Virus record (IMG/VR): IMGVR_UViG_3300045591_000029
Location: 1-64,000 of that record
Reading direction: 5' to 3' (one strand)
DNA: 64,000 bases
Source of the DNA: a virus
Lineage: Duplodnaviria > Heunggongvirae > Uroviricota > Caudoviricetes
A program made the translations under genes and the position numbers. Below are positions 31,482-40,912 of the stretch, piece after piece (position 1 is the stretch's first letter; the number at the start of each line of letters is the position of its first letter). The notes beneath the pieces were generated by a model that did no database searches, had not been told where the DNA came from, and was given only the letters and a program-made list of their open reading frames with translations.

Positions 31482-32285
31482 TCACTTAGTAATTTCCTCT
31501 AAGAGGGCTTTCTTTACAATATTATATTGTACTTCGTTGAGTAAAGTATCAACTTCTGTATCCACATCATTCTTATTATGAGTGTTGCAAAACTCGTCTG
31601 CCTCGTTTACAACTAACTTTAGATATTTATCAGCAATTTTTCGAGCCTCATCTAAAGAATATTTACCAAGTTTAATGTCCATGATAAAATCTTTATCTTT
31701 TGGATAAAGACATTCTTCATACGGGTAACCGGCGAGGTAAGAACTAATGAAATTCTGAACTCTTACTAGATGTGAAACTTGTTTTGGATCGTATCCATAC
31801 TCGGCTAGTACTTCCAATTTGCTAGGATATTCATGCTCCATAGCATGATATTTCTCCATAGCGATACCCTTCATGGTCTTAACTGCGCCATATGGAGAGT
31901 AGTGAGCAATCTGCTCGCGCGCCGCAGTCAGACGACCCCATTCACTTTCAAAAAGAGGGTTTACCCAAGCATAAGGGGTAAAGAGAATTTCAATGAAGTT
32001 GAGATTCTGTTTGCGGAAGGTGGCGAGCATCAATCGAATATCCTTCAGATCGGTATGCTCGTTGTTTGCTCTTACATGAGTGGTGCTGATAGGCTTCTTG
32101 TTAAGAACCACTTCATCAAAAGTAGGAGTAACAATCAGCTTTGTATCAACATCACTCTTAGGAGTTTCAAGACCATAGTTCTGAGAGCCTTGCAGGAAGA
32201 TACCGACGATTCTAGATTCGTCGAATCTTTGCAAACTTTCATCGAGATGGTCATAGACTCTACTCATAACATCAGTCATCACCAA
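31482..32285 (-). CDS. Pol-beta-superfamily nucleotidyltransferase
   Basis: LQGSQNYGLETPKSDVDT (GS..DxD motif); 267 aa. Confidence 0.5.
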   Translation of the reverse strand: MVMTDVMSRVYDHLDESLQRFDESRIVGIFLQGSQNYGLETPKSDVDTKLIVTPTFDEVVLNKKPISTTHVRANNEHTDLKDIRLMLATFRKQNLNFIEILFTPYAWVNPLFESEWGRLTAAREQIAHYSPYGAVKTMKGIAMEKYHAMEHEYPSKLEVLAEYGYDPKQVSHLVRVQNFISSYLAGYPYEECLYPKDKDFIMDIKLGKYSLDEARKIADKYLKLVVNEADEFCNTHNKNDVDTEVDTLLNEVQYNIVKKALLEEITK

Positions 32286-32574
32286 TAGCCTCCATTTCTT
32301 TAATATATCTTTCGGGGATAGGGTGTGCAGTAATCAGTGTATCTTTGCCACGCCAGATATAAATGTTACCTCGATACACTCTAATAGAACAGGTATTAGT
32401 CTGATCTCTCTTGTTCTGAAGATACGAGAAAAACTTAGGGAATTTCTGAAACTGATTGATAGTCGCGCCAGATCGCTTAGCTTGTTTAGCCAACTTCTTA
32501 GCTTCTGCGAAACTCTCACATCCCTCAGTTCTCTGAACAATACGCTCTTTGCTATGACGAGTAATTTTTCCCAT
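32272..32574 (-). CDS. hypothetical protein
   Basis: 100 aa. Confidence 0.4.
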   Translation of the reverse strand: MGKITRHSKERIVQRTEGCESFAEAKKLAKQAKRSGATINQFQKFPKFFSYLQNKRDQTNTCSIRVYRGNIYIWRGKDTLITAHPIPERYIKEMEAIGDD

Positions 32575-32576
32575 TA

Positions 32577-32807
32577 TTACAATACTTCCTCTCTTTCTGT
32601 CGCATCCAGATAGGTTCGAATAACATCAGCCTTACTCTCAAGGCTATTTGCTTCCTCGATTAGATTCTGCGCTTTCCAGTATAGCTGGGTTGCAAACTTG
32701 TCTAGTTCTTCTCTTGATTTATCGAAAAGACCCGGATATTCGGCTTCGAGGTCTTCTAAATCTTCCTCTTCATACCATCTTAGATTGAGTTCCGAAAACT
32801 TACCCAT
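32577..32807 (-). CDS. hypothetical protein
   Basis: 76 aa. Confidence 0.4.
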   Translation of the reverse strand: MGKFSELNLRWYEEEDLEDLEAEYPGLFDKSREELDKFATQLYWKAQNLIEEANSLESKADVIRTYLDATEREEVL

Positions 32808-33059
32808 TTAACACACTCCTGTATAATGAATCCCATAGAGGATAATACCTATTTCATCGGAGTAAAGATGCTCAACGCAATCACACTCACCAACGTGATT
32901 ATACCCCCAAGAGTCTAAAGCATTGTTGTTATCTTGCCGAATGAAATTATCAATGATTTCATTTGCTTGTATTGCACTATCCGCAGCTACCAACCCTTTT
33001 CCATCATAGCTATATTTAGGTTCAACTAAATATACTTTATGCATTAAATCTCCCTCCAT
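32808..33059 (-). CDS. hypothetical protein
   Basis: 83 aa. Confidence 0.4.
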   Translation of the reverse strand: MEGDLMHKVYLVEPKYSYDGKGLVAADSAIQANEIIDNFIRQDNNNALDSWGYNHVGECDCVEHLYSDEIGIILYGIHYTGVC

Positions 33060-33352
33060 TCATTCTTCTTAATGATCGTTCTCATATTCTGAACGCCGAC
33101 AGGATTCATACTATGAATATGAAAGCTATATCCTGTGTCAACAATGTTTTTAGCTTCTAGCCAATCAAGTAACTTAATATAGTCCCCGCCTTCAGATACA
33201 TAGTCACCAGCATCATGATCAAGGTCAATCAAGATATTATCATCTATCATGTTATGTTCATACTGCCAGATTGCGGTCTTAGCTGCTTTTACGCTTTTAA
33301 CCCAGATATATCCACTTGGCGCCGGCCGCGAGTCATCAACCCACAGTTTCAT
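33044..33352 (-). CDS. hypothetical protein
   Basis: 102 aa. Confidence 0.4.
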   Translation of the reverse strand: MKLWVDDSRPAPSGYIWVKSVKAAKTAIWQYEHNMIDDNILIDLDHDAGDYVSEGGDYIKLLDWLEAKNIVDTGYSFHIHSMNPVGVQNMRTIIKKNEWREI

Positions 33353-33367
33353 TATATACCTTCTTTC

Positions 33368-33688
33368 TTAGTTAAACAGTTCAGGAGCAACTCGTGGGCT
33401 GTAGTTACGAGTTTCAATCAGGTGATTATGATTGTTATGTGCGTTAAGAATATCCTTTCCCTTAGCATTGCCAATAGCAATCATATAACCGAGATGATCT
33501 TTAGCTTCTCTTCTCTTAATTCGACAAGTTTTAAGCATACGACCCAGCTTGACGAAAATGATGTTTCCAGGAGAGGTAAACTCAAACTTGTGGAGCAAAT
33601 CTTCTTGCAGCTTATCCTGCTCAGATTGCGCTGGTGCTTCAAACGAAGATGTAAGCCAACTTGGAAATGGCATTTCAAATGGATTCAT
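33368..33688 (-). CDS. hypothetical protein
   Basis: 106 aa. Confidence 0.4.
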   Translation of the reverse strand: MNPFEMPFPSWLTSSFEAPAQSEQDKLQEDLLHKFEFTSPGNIIFVKLGRMLKTCRIKRREAKDHLGYMIAIGNAKGKDILNAHNNHNHLIETRNYSPRVAPELFN

Positions 33689-33807
33689 CTATGTAACTTC
33701 CTTTCCTTACCTTATATATTTATTATATCATAAATTAAATTATTTTTCAATAAATAGAAAAGACGGGGAAATGGCAATTTTCTTGCCATTTCCCCGTTTG
33801 AGAGGGT

Positions 33808-35340
33808 TTAGTGAATCTGAGCGTAACGCTCGCTGTCCAGCTTCTCAAGGACCAGATCGAGTCCGTCCTTGCCGCTGAGAATCTCCTGAATCATAACAGG
33901 GCTAAAGCCACTTACATAGCTAAAGCCGTCACCGATTGCGGGAATGTTGTTATTGCGGGCGTTCAGGTTCCAGAAGATGCAGCTAGGTATCTTGTAACCG
34001 TAGCGTGCCCACTTAGCCCTCATAGCCTCAAAGAGAGTCTGGATGGCATCGCTGTGCATACCATACCCACAGCCACCCCGATCAGTAGAGTTACTGGTAA
34101 CACACTGGTCAAACTCCATATCAGAGAAGATATAGACGCGAGTAGGCATATCCTCAGGCTTTACACTTTGCTTCATTGCGGTGCTGAGCAGCATATCGAA
34201 GACAGCTTCGATATTAGTATTCATACCCCAATCTGCACCAATGCAACGGCACAACTTATCGGTAATGTCTGCTCCCTCGAACTTCACCAGCTTAGGATGA
34301 CCAGAGAAGGTAATGAAGTGGTTGGCGAAAGGACCATGCGCCTTATCTGCGATGTACGCACCCATAGAAACCGCAGCCTCCATAGGAACACCGGTCATAG
34401 AGCCAGAAACATCGACAACAGCAATGCCATTCTCGGTATTATCACCGTAGTAGTTAGGAAGGTTCTCCCAATACTTCTGAAGCATCAGACGATCAGGATC
34501 GCCCAATCCCTTACGATTGGCTTCAAAGGCACGATGTGCAATGTCGTGAGGATAGAGAGCACTGGCATTAACCTTAGTCTCAGTATCCTTAGCGAAAGCC
34601 TCATACTTAGCCTTAATCATATCGCGGCGAGCAAACGCATTGCGATAAATTACGCCGGCACGAGAAGGAATCTTATCGAACTCAATCTCGTCCCACCGAT
34701 TCTCAGACATAAGGCGCTCAACGATGCGGATACGCTCACGCAGAGTAGAGAGAGTCTTACGGTACTGCTTGGCAGTCATGCCGAAGTGATTACGGGTAAT
34801 CACCGCCAGATGGCGAGATTCCTTAGAGCTGGTATTCTCAGACTTCAACCACTTAGCAAGCAGAGAAGGAGTCTTACAAGAAACATCCAAGGCCAGCTGA
34901 TGACGCATCAGATTGAAAGCGTCCTTCTCCAGAGGAGTGCCAACGAAGATATACAGGTCGTCCCAGCGACCGTACTCAGGCACGAACCGGAGGTTACGAC
35001 GCATAGCTTCAGTCTCATAGGAAGCCATCCAATGAGTCACAACGCGGAAGAAGCGACGCTCACCCTGTCCACCACGCACATCGCGCAGATAGAATAGGCA
35101 CTTCAGGGCATGAGCCTCATCCTCCTTAAAAGCGGCCTTAAACAGAGTGATGCAATCCTCGTCAGAGCGATTGCGGTAAGAGCCGCCGAGCGCAAACAGA
35201 TCCATAAGCCCATTGAGAGTAGACTTATGGGTGACAGCACCATTTTCAGTCAGAGTATAATTGTCGTTCTGCTTCATAGCATTGAGAAAAGTGTTCATAG
35301 TATCAGTCTCCTTTTGATTTTTAGTTTCTCCCTTGGACAA
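33808..35340 (-). CDS. rsr: Ro60/Rsr-like RNA-binding protein (TROVE domain plus C-terminal vWA with MIDAS DVSGSM)
   Basis: N-terminus ...TENGAVTHKSTLNGLMDLFALGGSYRNRSDEDCITLFKAAFKEDEAHALKCLFYLRDVRGGQGERRFFR fits TROVE consensus; C-terminus VVDVSGSMTG vWA; 510 aa. Confidence 0.6.
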   Translation of the reverse strand: MSKGETKNQKETDTMNTFLNAMKQNDNYTLTENGAVTHKSTLNGLMDLFALGGSYRNRSDEDCITLFKAAFKEDEAHALKCLFYLRDVRGGQGERRFFRVVTHWMASYETEAMRRNLRFVPEYGRWDDLYIFVGTPLEKDAFNLMRHQLALDVSCKTPSLLAKWLKSENTSSKESRHLAVITRNHFGMTAKQYRKTLSTLRERIRIVERLMSENRWDEIEFDKIPSRAGVIYRNAFARRDMIKAKYEAFAKDTETKVNASALYPHDIAHRAFEANRKGLGDPDRLMLQKYWENLPNYYGDNTENGIAVVDVSGSMTGVPMEAAVSMGAYIADKAHGPFANHFITFSGHPKLVKFEGADITDKLCRCIGADWGMNTNIEAVFDMLLSTAMKQSVKPEDMPTRVYIFSDMEFDQCVTSNSTDRGGCGYGMHSDAIQTLFEAMRAKWARYGYKIPSCIFWNLNARNNNIPAIGDGFSYVSGFSPVMIQEILSGKDGLDLVLEKLDSERYAQIH

Positions 35341-35410
35341 GGGAGTTAAGTTCTAGACCTATTGTTTTTGGCTCCGTTGGGTTTAACCACTTCCCTACCT
35401 CCGCCATATA

Positions 35411-35489
35411 GTGGTGGGGAGGGCAGGATTCGAACCTGCGTAGCATAAGCGACGGATTTACAGTCCATGCTATTGCTGTTAAGGTCTTA
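35411..35489 (-). ncRNA. tRNA-like element: 3' two-thirds of a class II tRNA-Tyr(GUA) scaffold (acceptor 3' strand, T arm, long variable arm, anticodon arm CUGUAAA) with no matching 5' acceptor strand; adjacent to rsr
   Basis: plus strand tggtggggagg-gcagg-attcgaa-cctgc...; downstream sequence lacks complement of ggggagg. Confidence 0.35.
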
Positions 35490-35558
35490 TGGAGCGAACG
35501 GTGAGATTCGAACTCACGCCCTTACGGGTCACACGGCTTTGCAGGCCGGGATCTTAAA
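35488..35558 (-). tRNA. atypical class II tRNA-like gene, anticodon loop CUGCAAA (nominal GCA) with long variable arm
   Basis: acceptor gcgaacg/cgttcgc, T arm gtgag-ttcgaat-ctcac, D arm and AC stem irregular. Confidence 0.35.
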
Positions 35559-35581
35559 CCACTTGACTACGTTCGCATAAG

Positions 35582-35597
35582 AGCGGCAAAAGCCGCT
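35582..35597. terminator. short hairpin gagcggc-aaaa-gccgctt downstream of lipoprotein gene
   Basis: 7-bp stem directly after stop codon. Confidence 0.3.
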
Positions 35598-35848
35598 TAA
35601 TCGGTCATCAAGACCACATTGGAGATATGAGTAAGATAGGTTACGCCATCAATTTTAATTTGAATGGTATCACCATCATCAAAGTCTTTCCAAGACTGGA
35701 CTTCACCTTCGATAACTGTTCCATCCGGAATTACGATAACCGCTCGATTGAATGTATAGTTGGTATCGAGGATTTGACGATTGCCGCATCCCGCCAAACA
35801 AAGTGTTAAACTAATTGCCGCGGCAAAGGCCACAACTCTTTTTTTCAT
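35597..35848 (-). CDS. small lipoprotein
   Basis: signal peptide with lipobox LAGC (MKKRVVAFAAAISLTLCLAGCGN). Confidence 0.5.
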   Translation of the reverse strand: MKKRVVAFAAAISLTLCLAGCGNRQILDTNYTFNRAVIVIPDGTVIEGEVQSWKDFDDGDTIQIKIDGVTYLTHISNVVLMTD

Positions 35849-35874
35849 TTTTTTTGTTACCTTTCAATGAATTA

Positions 35875-35957
35875 TGGTACCCAAGGTGGGATTCGAACCC
35901 ACATGCCATAGGCGGAAGTTTTTGAAACTTCTGTGTCTACCATTCCACCACTCGGGC
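35875..35957 (-). tRNA. tRNA-Leu(CAA)
   Basis: hand fold: acceptor gcccgag/cttgggt with G.U pairs, D arm gtggaatggtagacac, AC loop UUCAAAA, long variable arm, T loop ttcgaat, CCA encoded. Confidence 0.8.
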
Positions 35958-35959
35958 GA

Positions 35960-36265
35960 TTAAATAAAAGCCCAGAGAATATCAAAAGCACGTTTGTGTT
36001 CATCATTCTCCAAAGGATTATTGGCAGGAATATCTGCTAATTTTCCGTAGCAGTCCATCAGAATAGCGCTATCTTCGAGATTACCATAGAAACAATCTTT
36101 AACATTGTAGGTTGCTGTGTGCGGACCGCAGATGGTTTTCATAAAACTTTTCTCTGTCTTGAGCCAAATACTTTTAGCAGATTGAACCACATAAAGTTCG
36201 TCCTCAGTTAAATGCAAAACTTTAAGTTCCATACCTTCAACAACCTTTCTGTAATTATTATACAA
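35960..36265 (-). CDS. hypothetical protein
   Basis: 101 aa. Confidence 0.4.
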   Translation of the reverse strand: MYNNYRKVVEGMELKVLHLTEDELYVVQSAKSIWLKTEKSFMKTICGPHTATYNVKDCFYGNLEDSAILMDCYGKLADIPANNPLENDEHKRAFDILWAFI

Positions 36266-36288
36266 AAAATTTTTACGAAAATCAAAAA

Positions 36289-36380
36289 TGGCGGAGGGCG
36301 AGAGACTCGAACTCTCACGCCGATGTTCTCGGTTACTGGCGGTTTTCAGGACCGCTCCCTTGCCAATTAGGGTTAGCCCT
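36289..36380 (-). tRNA. tRNA-Ser(UGA), class II (anticodon loop CCUGAAA, C33 instead of U33)
   Basis: acceptor ggagggc/gccctcc, G73, long variable arm, T arm gagag-ttcgagt-ctctc. Confidence 0.65.
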
Positions 36381-36419
36381 CCAAATAGAGCAGTTTTATA
36401 TCTTACTCAGGATAGCGAC

Positions 36420-36752
36420 TTACAGGCTGTCAAGCAGATCGTTCTTGGCAGTGATAACCTCGTCCAGCTCATAGATGGCGTCATCTTTATAATCGCACAT
36501 CTTGTCGAGATATGCCTCGGCATTCACGTGAGCCCAATAGGCCTCATCAACCTTTTGATTGGCACGGGCAACACGCTTCTTGGCAATCTTCTCTGCACAC
36601 CGCAGAGCAGCAAGCTGCTTACCCTTCTCCAGAGAGAACTCGTCGCCATCATGACAGACTGCAATACCTCGGACAGTACGGCCGGCATAGGTGGAAACCG
36701 CAATCACGCGAGTGCCATTAGTATAGAACTTGTACTTCTCAATCGGATACAT
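36420..36752 (-). CDS. hypothetical protein
   Basis: 110 aa. Confidence 0.45.
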   Translation of the reverse strand: MYPIEKYKFYTNGTRVIAVSTYAGRTVRGIAVCHDGDEFSLEKGKQLAALRCAEKIAKKRVARANQKVDEAYWAHVNAEAYLDKMCDYKDDAIYELDEVITAKNDLLDSL

Positions 36753-36945
36753 AACTTGTAACTCCTTTTCTCATTTACTATATATATTATATTATAATTT
36801 TTAAGATTTTTCAAATCGGCCTCTTGATGGAGAGTCATTGCTTCTTCTTTTATCTTATATACATATAATACAATATATTTTGAGAAAATGCAAAAAAAAA
36901 AAAAAAAAATAAGGGTTAAAGCTCAAAGAACTTTAACCCTTATAA

Positions 36946-37407
36946 TTAAGTCAAATCAGTAAATGCTCCCCAGGAGAGATCGGTAGAAGGAGAACCCCAC
37001 GTTCCATCACCCTTAAGATACTTCTCAGATTCCCCTGCCGCAGGAGCTGGAACTAATCCTCGTGTACCAGCTTTTGCGGATGTAGCACCTACCATTGTAT
37101 CTACGTTATTCTGAACCACTGTCCAGTCACTTGCTTTATAGCTAGAACTATAATCACTAACGCAGATAATCATGTCACCTGCTTCCATTGTTCCAATAGA
37201 TGGAATTTCAAAAGCAGTATTGGCTTTATATGTCCAACCTTGTTTATAATTGGTTAGAGAGGTAATTCCGGCAGCACTAGAGACGACACCTTTAAAGACT
37301 AGAGAAGAAGCAACCGCGGTTTGCAATGCAGTGACCGCGGCTCTTACTTCTTCATCTTTAAGGGAGTAAATGGTACTGCCGAGTTTAATTTTGGAAATAT
37401 CCGCCAT
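36946..37407 (-). CDS. fibre-like structural protein (tail/head fibre; YLKGDGTW motif)
   Basis: MADISKIKLGSTIYSLKDEEVRAAV... and ...EKYLKGDGTWGSP similar to phage fibre collar motif. Confidence 0.5.
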   Translation of the reverse strand: MADISKIKLGSTIYSLKDEEVRAAVTALQTAVASSLVFKGVVSSAAGITSLTNYKQGWTYKANTAFEIPSIGTMEAGDMIICVSDYSSSYKASDWTVVQNNVDTMVGATSAKAGTRGLVPAPAAGESEKYLKGDGTWGSPSTDLSWGAFTDLT

Positions 37408-37460
37408 TTACTCACCATCCTTTATTTTCATAAACGAGCATTTAGCTCGCTAGTGCCAAA

Positions 37461-38678
37461 TTACTCTACGGTAACTTCCTTGGCGGCAACTGTGATGTCA
37501 CCAACATTGAGCTCAACCTCATCAGCAGTAAACTTGGTATCAGCAGCGTTAACAGTGGCCTTGTCATAAGTAACACCAGAAACAACCTGAACCTCAGTGC
37601 CAGTAAAGGCAGCGTTGACAGTGTTCTTGTCACCAGTAAAGGTAGCAGCGAACTTATCACCAGTAAACACAGGAGCAGTAGCGGTAGCACTGGTAATACC
37701 AGTAACAACGGCAGTACCCTCAGCAGCCAGCTCAGGAAGCGTACCAGCATCAAATGTACCCTCGACATAGGAAGCCTTAGCACCCTGCTTGAAGGTAGGT
37801 AGATCGTTAGCGGTGAAGGAGAAGCTCAAAGTTTCGCTTGTCTCATCAACATTGGCACTCCAAGCAGCCTTAGAACCAGCGGTAAAGGTATCATCACCAT
37901 TAGCAGTGAAAGTATCAGCAGCCTTAGTGGGAAGAGTGCCCACAGAAGTGACCTTCTTAATGCTATCGGTAGCAGGAGTTACAGTCACAGTAGGAGCAGA
38001 CACGGAACCAGAAATCTGAACACCGTTCTCAGCGTCTTTAGCGATAGCAACCTTACCAGTAGCAGTTACGTCAGCTGCAATACTACCAGCAGGAGTGTAT
38101 GCGCTCTTAGCAAGAGTAGCAGCAGTGGCAGTCTGATTCAGAGCAACAGCAATAGAACCAGTAACATTACCAGTAGCCTTCACACCGCTGATGGTCTGGC
38201 CTGCAACAGTACCAGTAGCAGAGTCCTTCTTAGCAAGCTTGCCAAGACCCATATCGGTAGCAAGAGTATCAAGATTGATATTAGCAGAAAGATTCTGAGT
38301 ACCAATAGTGACAGTCTTTAGAGCATAGATGCTCTCATCGCCGAGCTCATGCCAAGTAGCAGGCTCGCCACCATACACATATTCTTTAACGCCAATGATG
38401 ATTACGTCACCTGCGGCAGGATCAGTAATATCATCAAAGGAGGTGACTACGCCACGGAAGTGCATAGAGCCGGAAATACCAGCAATAGTTGCCTGAACCT
38501 GAGCACCAGTTACGAGACCCTGCTCATCTGCGCCAACGCCAGCAGCGACGTCTTTCTTAGCAGCATTACCAAGAGTAGCAAGAAGCTCACGAGCCTCAGC
38601 GTCCTTCAGATAATAAGTCTTCTCACCAATAGTGAGTTTAGAAATCACAGGAACATTCTTAGGATCAAAAATAGGCAT
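37461..38678 (-). CDS. fibre-like structural protein with Thr/Ala-rich repeats; N-terminus paralogous to 36946 gene
   Basis: PVISKLTIGEKTYYLKDAEARELLATL vs ISKIKLGSTIYSLKDEEVRAAVTAL; 405 aa. Confidence 0.5.
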   Translation of the reverse strand: MPIFDPKNVPVISKLTIGEKTYYLKDAEARELLATLGNAAKKDVAAGVGADEQGLVTGAQVQATIAGISGSMHFRGVVTSFDDITDPAAGDVIIIGVKEYVYGGEPATWHELGDESIYALKTVTIGTQNLSANINLDTLATDMGLGKLAKKDSATGTVAGQTISGVKATGNVTGSIAVALNQTATAATLAKSAYTPAGSIAADVTATGKVAIAKDAENGVQISGSVSAPTVTVTPATDSIKKVTSVGTLPTKAADTFTANGDDTFTAGSKAAWSANVDETSETLSFSFTANDLPTFKQGAKASYVEGTFDAGTLPELAAEGTAVVTGITSATATAPVFTGDKFAATFTGDKNTVNAAFTGTEVQVVSGVTYDKATVNAADTKFTADEVELNVGDITVAAKEVTVE

Positions 38679-38701
38679 AATTAAATTTCCTCCTAAATAG
38701 A

Positions 38702-39214
38702 TTATTTGAAGACAACGGTTTCGTCTTCTAAATTAACTGAAGCACTAACCTTAGTGTTCAGTTCATCTGTAATCGCTTTTTGCGTCATTGCACCATCCAC
38801 ATTCTCTCCAGTAGTAGAGTAAAGCTTCATAATACCTGCGGTTTCCGCTGACGCGGTCGGAAGCGAACCCGGCCCAATTAAAACAAACTCAACGCCATTG
38901 TAATAATACAAGTCGTTGGTGTTATTGGCATCAATATAAATTTTATTTTCATTAGGAGTGATTTCCTAAATACCATCAGCATCCTTGAAAATCTTTCCGC
39001 CAATGAAATAAACGCGTTGGAAGATAGTATTCTCATACTCAAGACTTCCATAAGTTGATACACCATCACCAACAATTACGCAAAGACCTTGTCTAGCAGT
39101 ATCTACTAAACAGATTTCTCCTTTTTTGGGAATAAAACTATCTTTTACCTTCTCGTAATTGTAATCATTGTCGCGGCGTAACTTAAAAACAACTTCAAAT
39201 GTTTTAATAGCCAT
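38702..39214 (-). CDS. structural-region protein with one in-frame TAG; joins track ORFs 38966..39214 and 38702..38911 (same frame, separated only by TAG at about 38964-38968)
   Basis: frames 264 nt apart; downstream track ORF has only a TTG pseudo-start. Confidence 0.5.
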
Positions 39215-39229
39215 ATATTTTAACCTCCT

Positions 39230-39435
39230 ATTGTTGCAGGAGCGCCGCCAGCATCTAAAATGATTGTATCAGTATTCTCAATTGCTGGAGAAGTTATCTA
39301 TACTCTGGTACTGTCATCAGTATCTAAAAAAATCAAACGATTATCCTCGTCTGTTGTAAAGATCAACTAACCTTCTTTAATTGGAATATTATTGAGATTG
39401 GCAAAAGAACCTTTAAGAACTACTAATTCAGCCAT
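39230..39435 (-). CDS. small protein with 2 in-frame TAG
   Basis: MAELVVLKGSFANLNNIPIKEG*LIFTTDEDNRLIFLDTDDSTRV*ITSPAIENTDTIILDAGGAPATIGG. Confidence 0.4.
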
Positions 39436-39567
39436 TCTTACAAATCCCTCCTCTCACATAGATATAAAAACTAATGCAAATCACTTTGCCACATTTGGCC
39501 TGAAAAATTCTAAAGCCACTTTGCGTTTGCACCGAGCGCGGTCCACTCCTGTTCATATACAAAAAGA

Positions 39568-39592
39568 AACCCCTGTCACGAATGACAGGGGT
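39568..39592 (-). terminator. rho-independent terminator aacccctgtca-cgaa-tgacaggggtt followed by T-run on minus strand (downstream of tRNA-Met)
   Basis: 10-bp GC-rich stem then tcttttt on transcribed strand. Confidence 0.6.
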
Positions 39593-39667
39593 TAGGCAGA
39601 ACACTTGCAGGTGTTAAGCTCTCTCGGTTTTCTCATATATATGATAAACATTGCTGCAACAATGAAC

Positions 39668-39743
39668 TGGTGCCAGCTCTGAGAGTTGAACTCAGTCCTC
39701 TCGCCGTATGAAGGCGGCATCTTAACCATTTGACCTAGCTGGC
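39668..39743 (-). tRNA. tRNA-Met(CAU) (or Ile2/initiator type)
   Basis: acceptor gccagct/agctggc, AC stem tcgcc/ggcgg, loop plus gtatgaa giving CAU, T loop agttgaa, CCA encoded. Confidence 0.75.
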
Positions 39744-39768
39744 ATATAGCCTCTTGCGAGGGCTATTC

Positions 39769-40905
39769 TTAAAAATTATCGAACTTGTTTACCATAGAGA
39801 TGCTTACTTTTGTTAGAGTACAAGACTCAACAGTCGTGTTTTTCATCCACTGTCTACGAGCAATTTCTGCATCATCGTCAGACATTGACTCCTCAAAAGC
39901 GTCATAGGCTAAAGTCAACTTAATCTTCTGCGGATTGATGGTTAAAGCGCCATCAGCAACCGTGACATTAGAGGGAGAGAAAGTAATCCAATAACGGACT
40001 TTATCCTTCTCAAAAGAAATGTTATACTCATCCTTAGAGTAGAGATCAATCTTCTTGTAATAAGCTGTAGTGACCCACCCATTAGACAATCTAACGGTAA
40101 CATCATAAGAGCTATTACGCTCGTAATTGATGTTCAAATCCATGAGGGTCTCTTCCAGAGGATAACCCTGCTTTAGATCGAAAGCAATTGCGCGCAGACA
40201 ATCAAAAGTAATGTCAGCTACTTGAGACAGCTTAACAACCTTTTCAATGTCCTCTTCCCAACCAGTACCGAGCTTATCAGCCATATAAGCACGAACTTCG
40301 TCAGGAGAGGGGCAGGTAATCTCAAAATGATAATGGAAACGGCCAGGACGGTTAATAAGAAATTCATTCAACTGACAAGGATCGTTACAGGTAATGACAA
40401 ACAGCTTCTTACCATTATCCATACCATCGAACAGACTAAGCATCTCAACCTGCGGATCGTCCTTCTCTGTCTTGGCGAAAGTCTTTTCAAACTCGTCAAA
40501 AATAATCGTTACCTCTTGCTGAATAGAGGCAAGAAAATTGCTGATGCCGGGAATAGCGGTGTCAACGATAATGACTGGCATATCGGCCTTAATAGACTCT
40601 TCCGCAATCATGCGAGCAAGTAGAGATTTACCGATACCTTTCTTACCAGAAAGAATGACACCAAAGTTACGCTCGCTGACAGCAAAAGACTTGAGAATCT
40701 TTTCAGCGCGACGAGCATGATTGCCGTAAATAGTGCCCTCATTGACAGCGAGGTCATTGTGCTTTGTCAGCCAAAATCCCATCTGCGGATGGAAACCAAC
40801 AGTATAGGTTGCAACTGGCAATTCATTATAGGTCTTTACATCTTCGCCATAGACCTGATAACGAGAACCTGCATTTACTATGTTCATTCCTTTACTTCCT
40901 TTCAA
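39769..40905 (-). CDS. AAA+ family ATPase
   Basis: Walker A GKKGIGKS, Walker B IIFDEFE; 378 aa. Confidence 0.65.
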   Translation of the reverse strand: MKGSKGMNIVNAGSRYQVYGEDVKTYNELPVATYTVGFHPQMGFWLTKHNDLAVNEGTIYGNHARRAEKILKSFAVSERNFGVILSGKKGIGKSLLARMIAEESIKADMPVIIVDTAIPGISNFLASIQQEVTIIFDEFEKTFAKTEKDDPQVEMLSLFDGMDNGKKLFVITCNDPCQLNEFLINRPGRFHYHFEITCPSPDEVRAYMADKLGTGWEEDIEKVVKLSQVADITFDCLRAIAFDLKQGYPLEETLMDLNINYERNSSYDVTVRLSNGWVTTAYYKKIDLYSKDEYNISFEKDKVRYWITFSPSNVTVADGALTINPQKIKLTLAYDAFEESMSDDDAEIARRQWMKNTTVESCTLTKVSISMVNKFDNF

Positions 40906-40912
40906 TATGTAT

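Noticed and set aside
33808-35340. Initial assumption that the element is a crAss-like (Bacteroidetes) phage because of TAG recoding and the tRNA array
   Set aside because: The SLH-domain endolysin, SPOR protein and Firmicutes-like RBS (GGAGG) point to a Gram-positive-type host. Recoding alone is not lineage-diagnostic.
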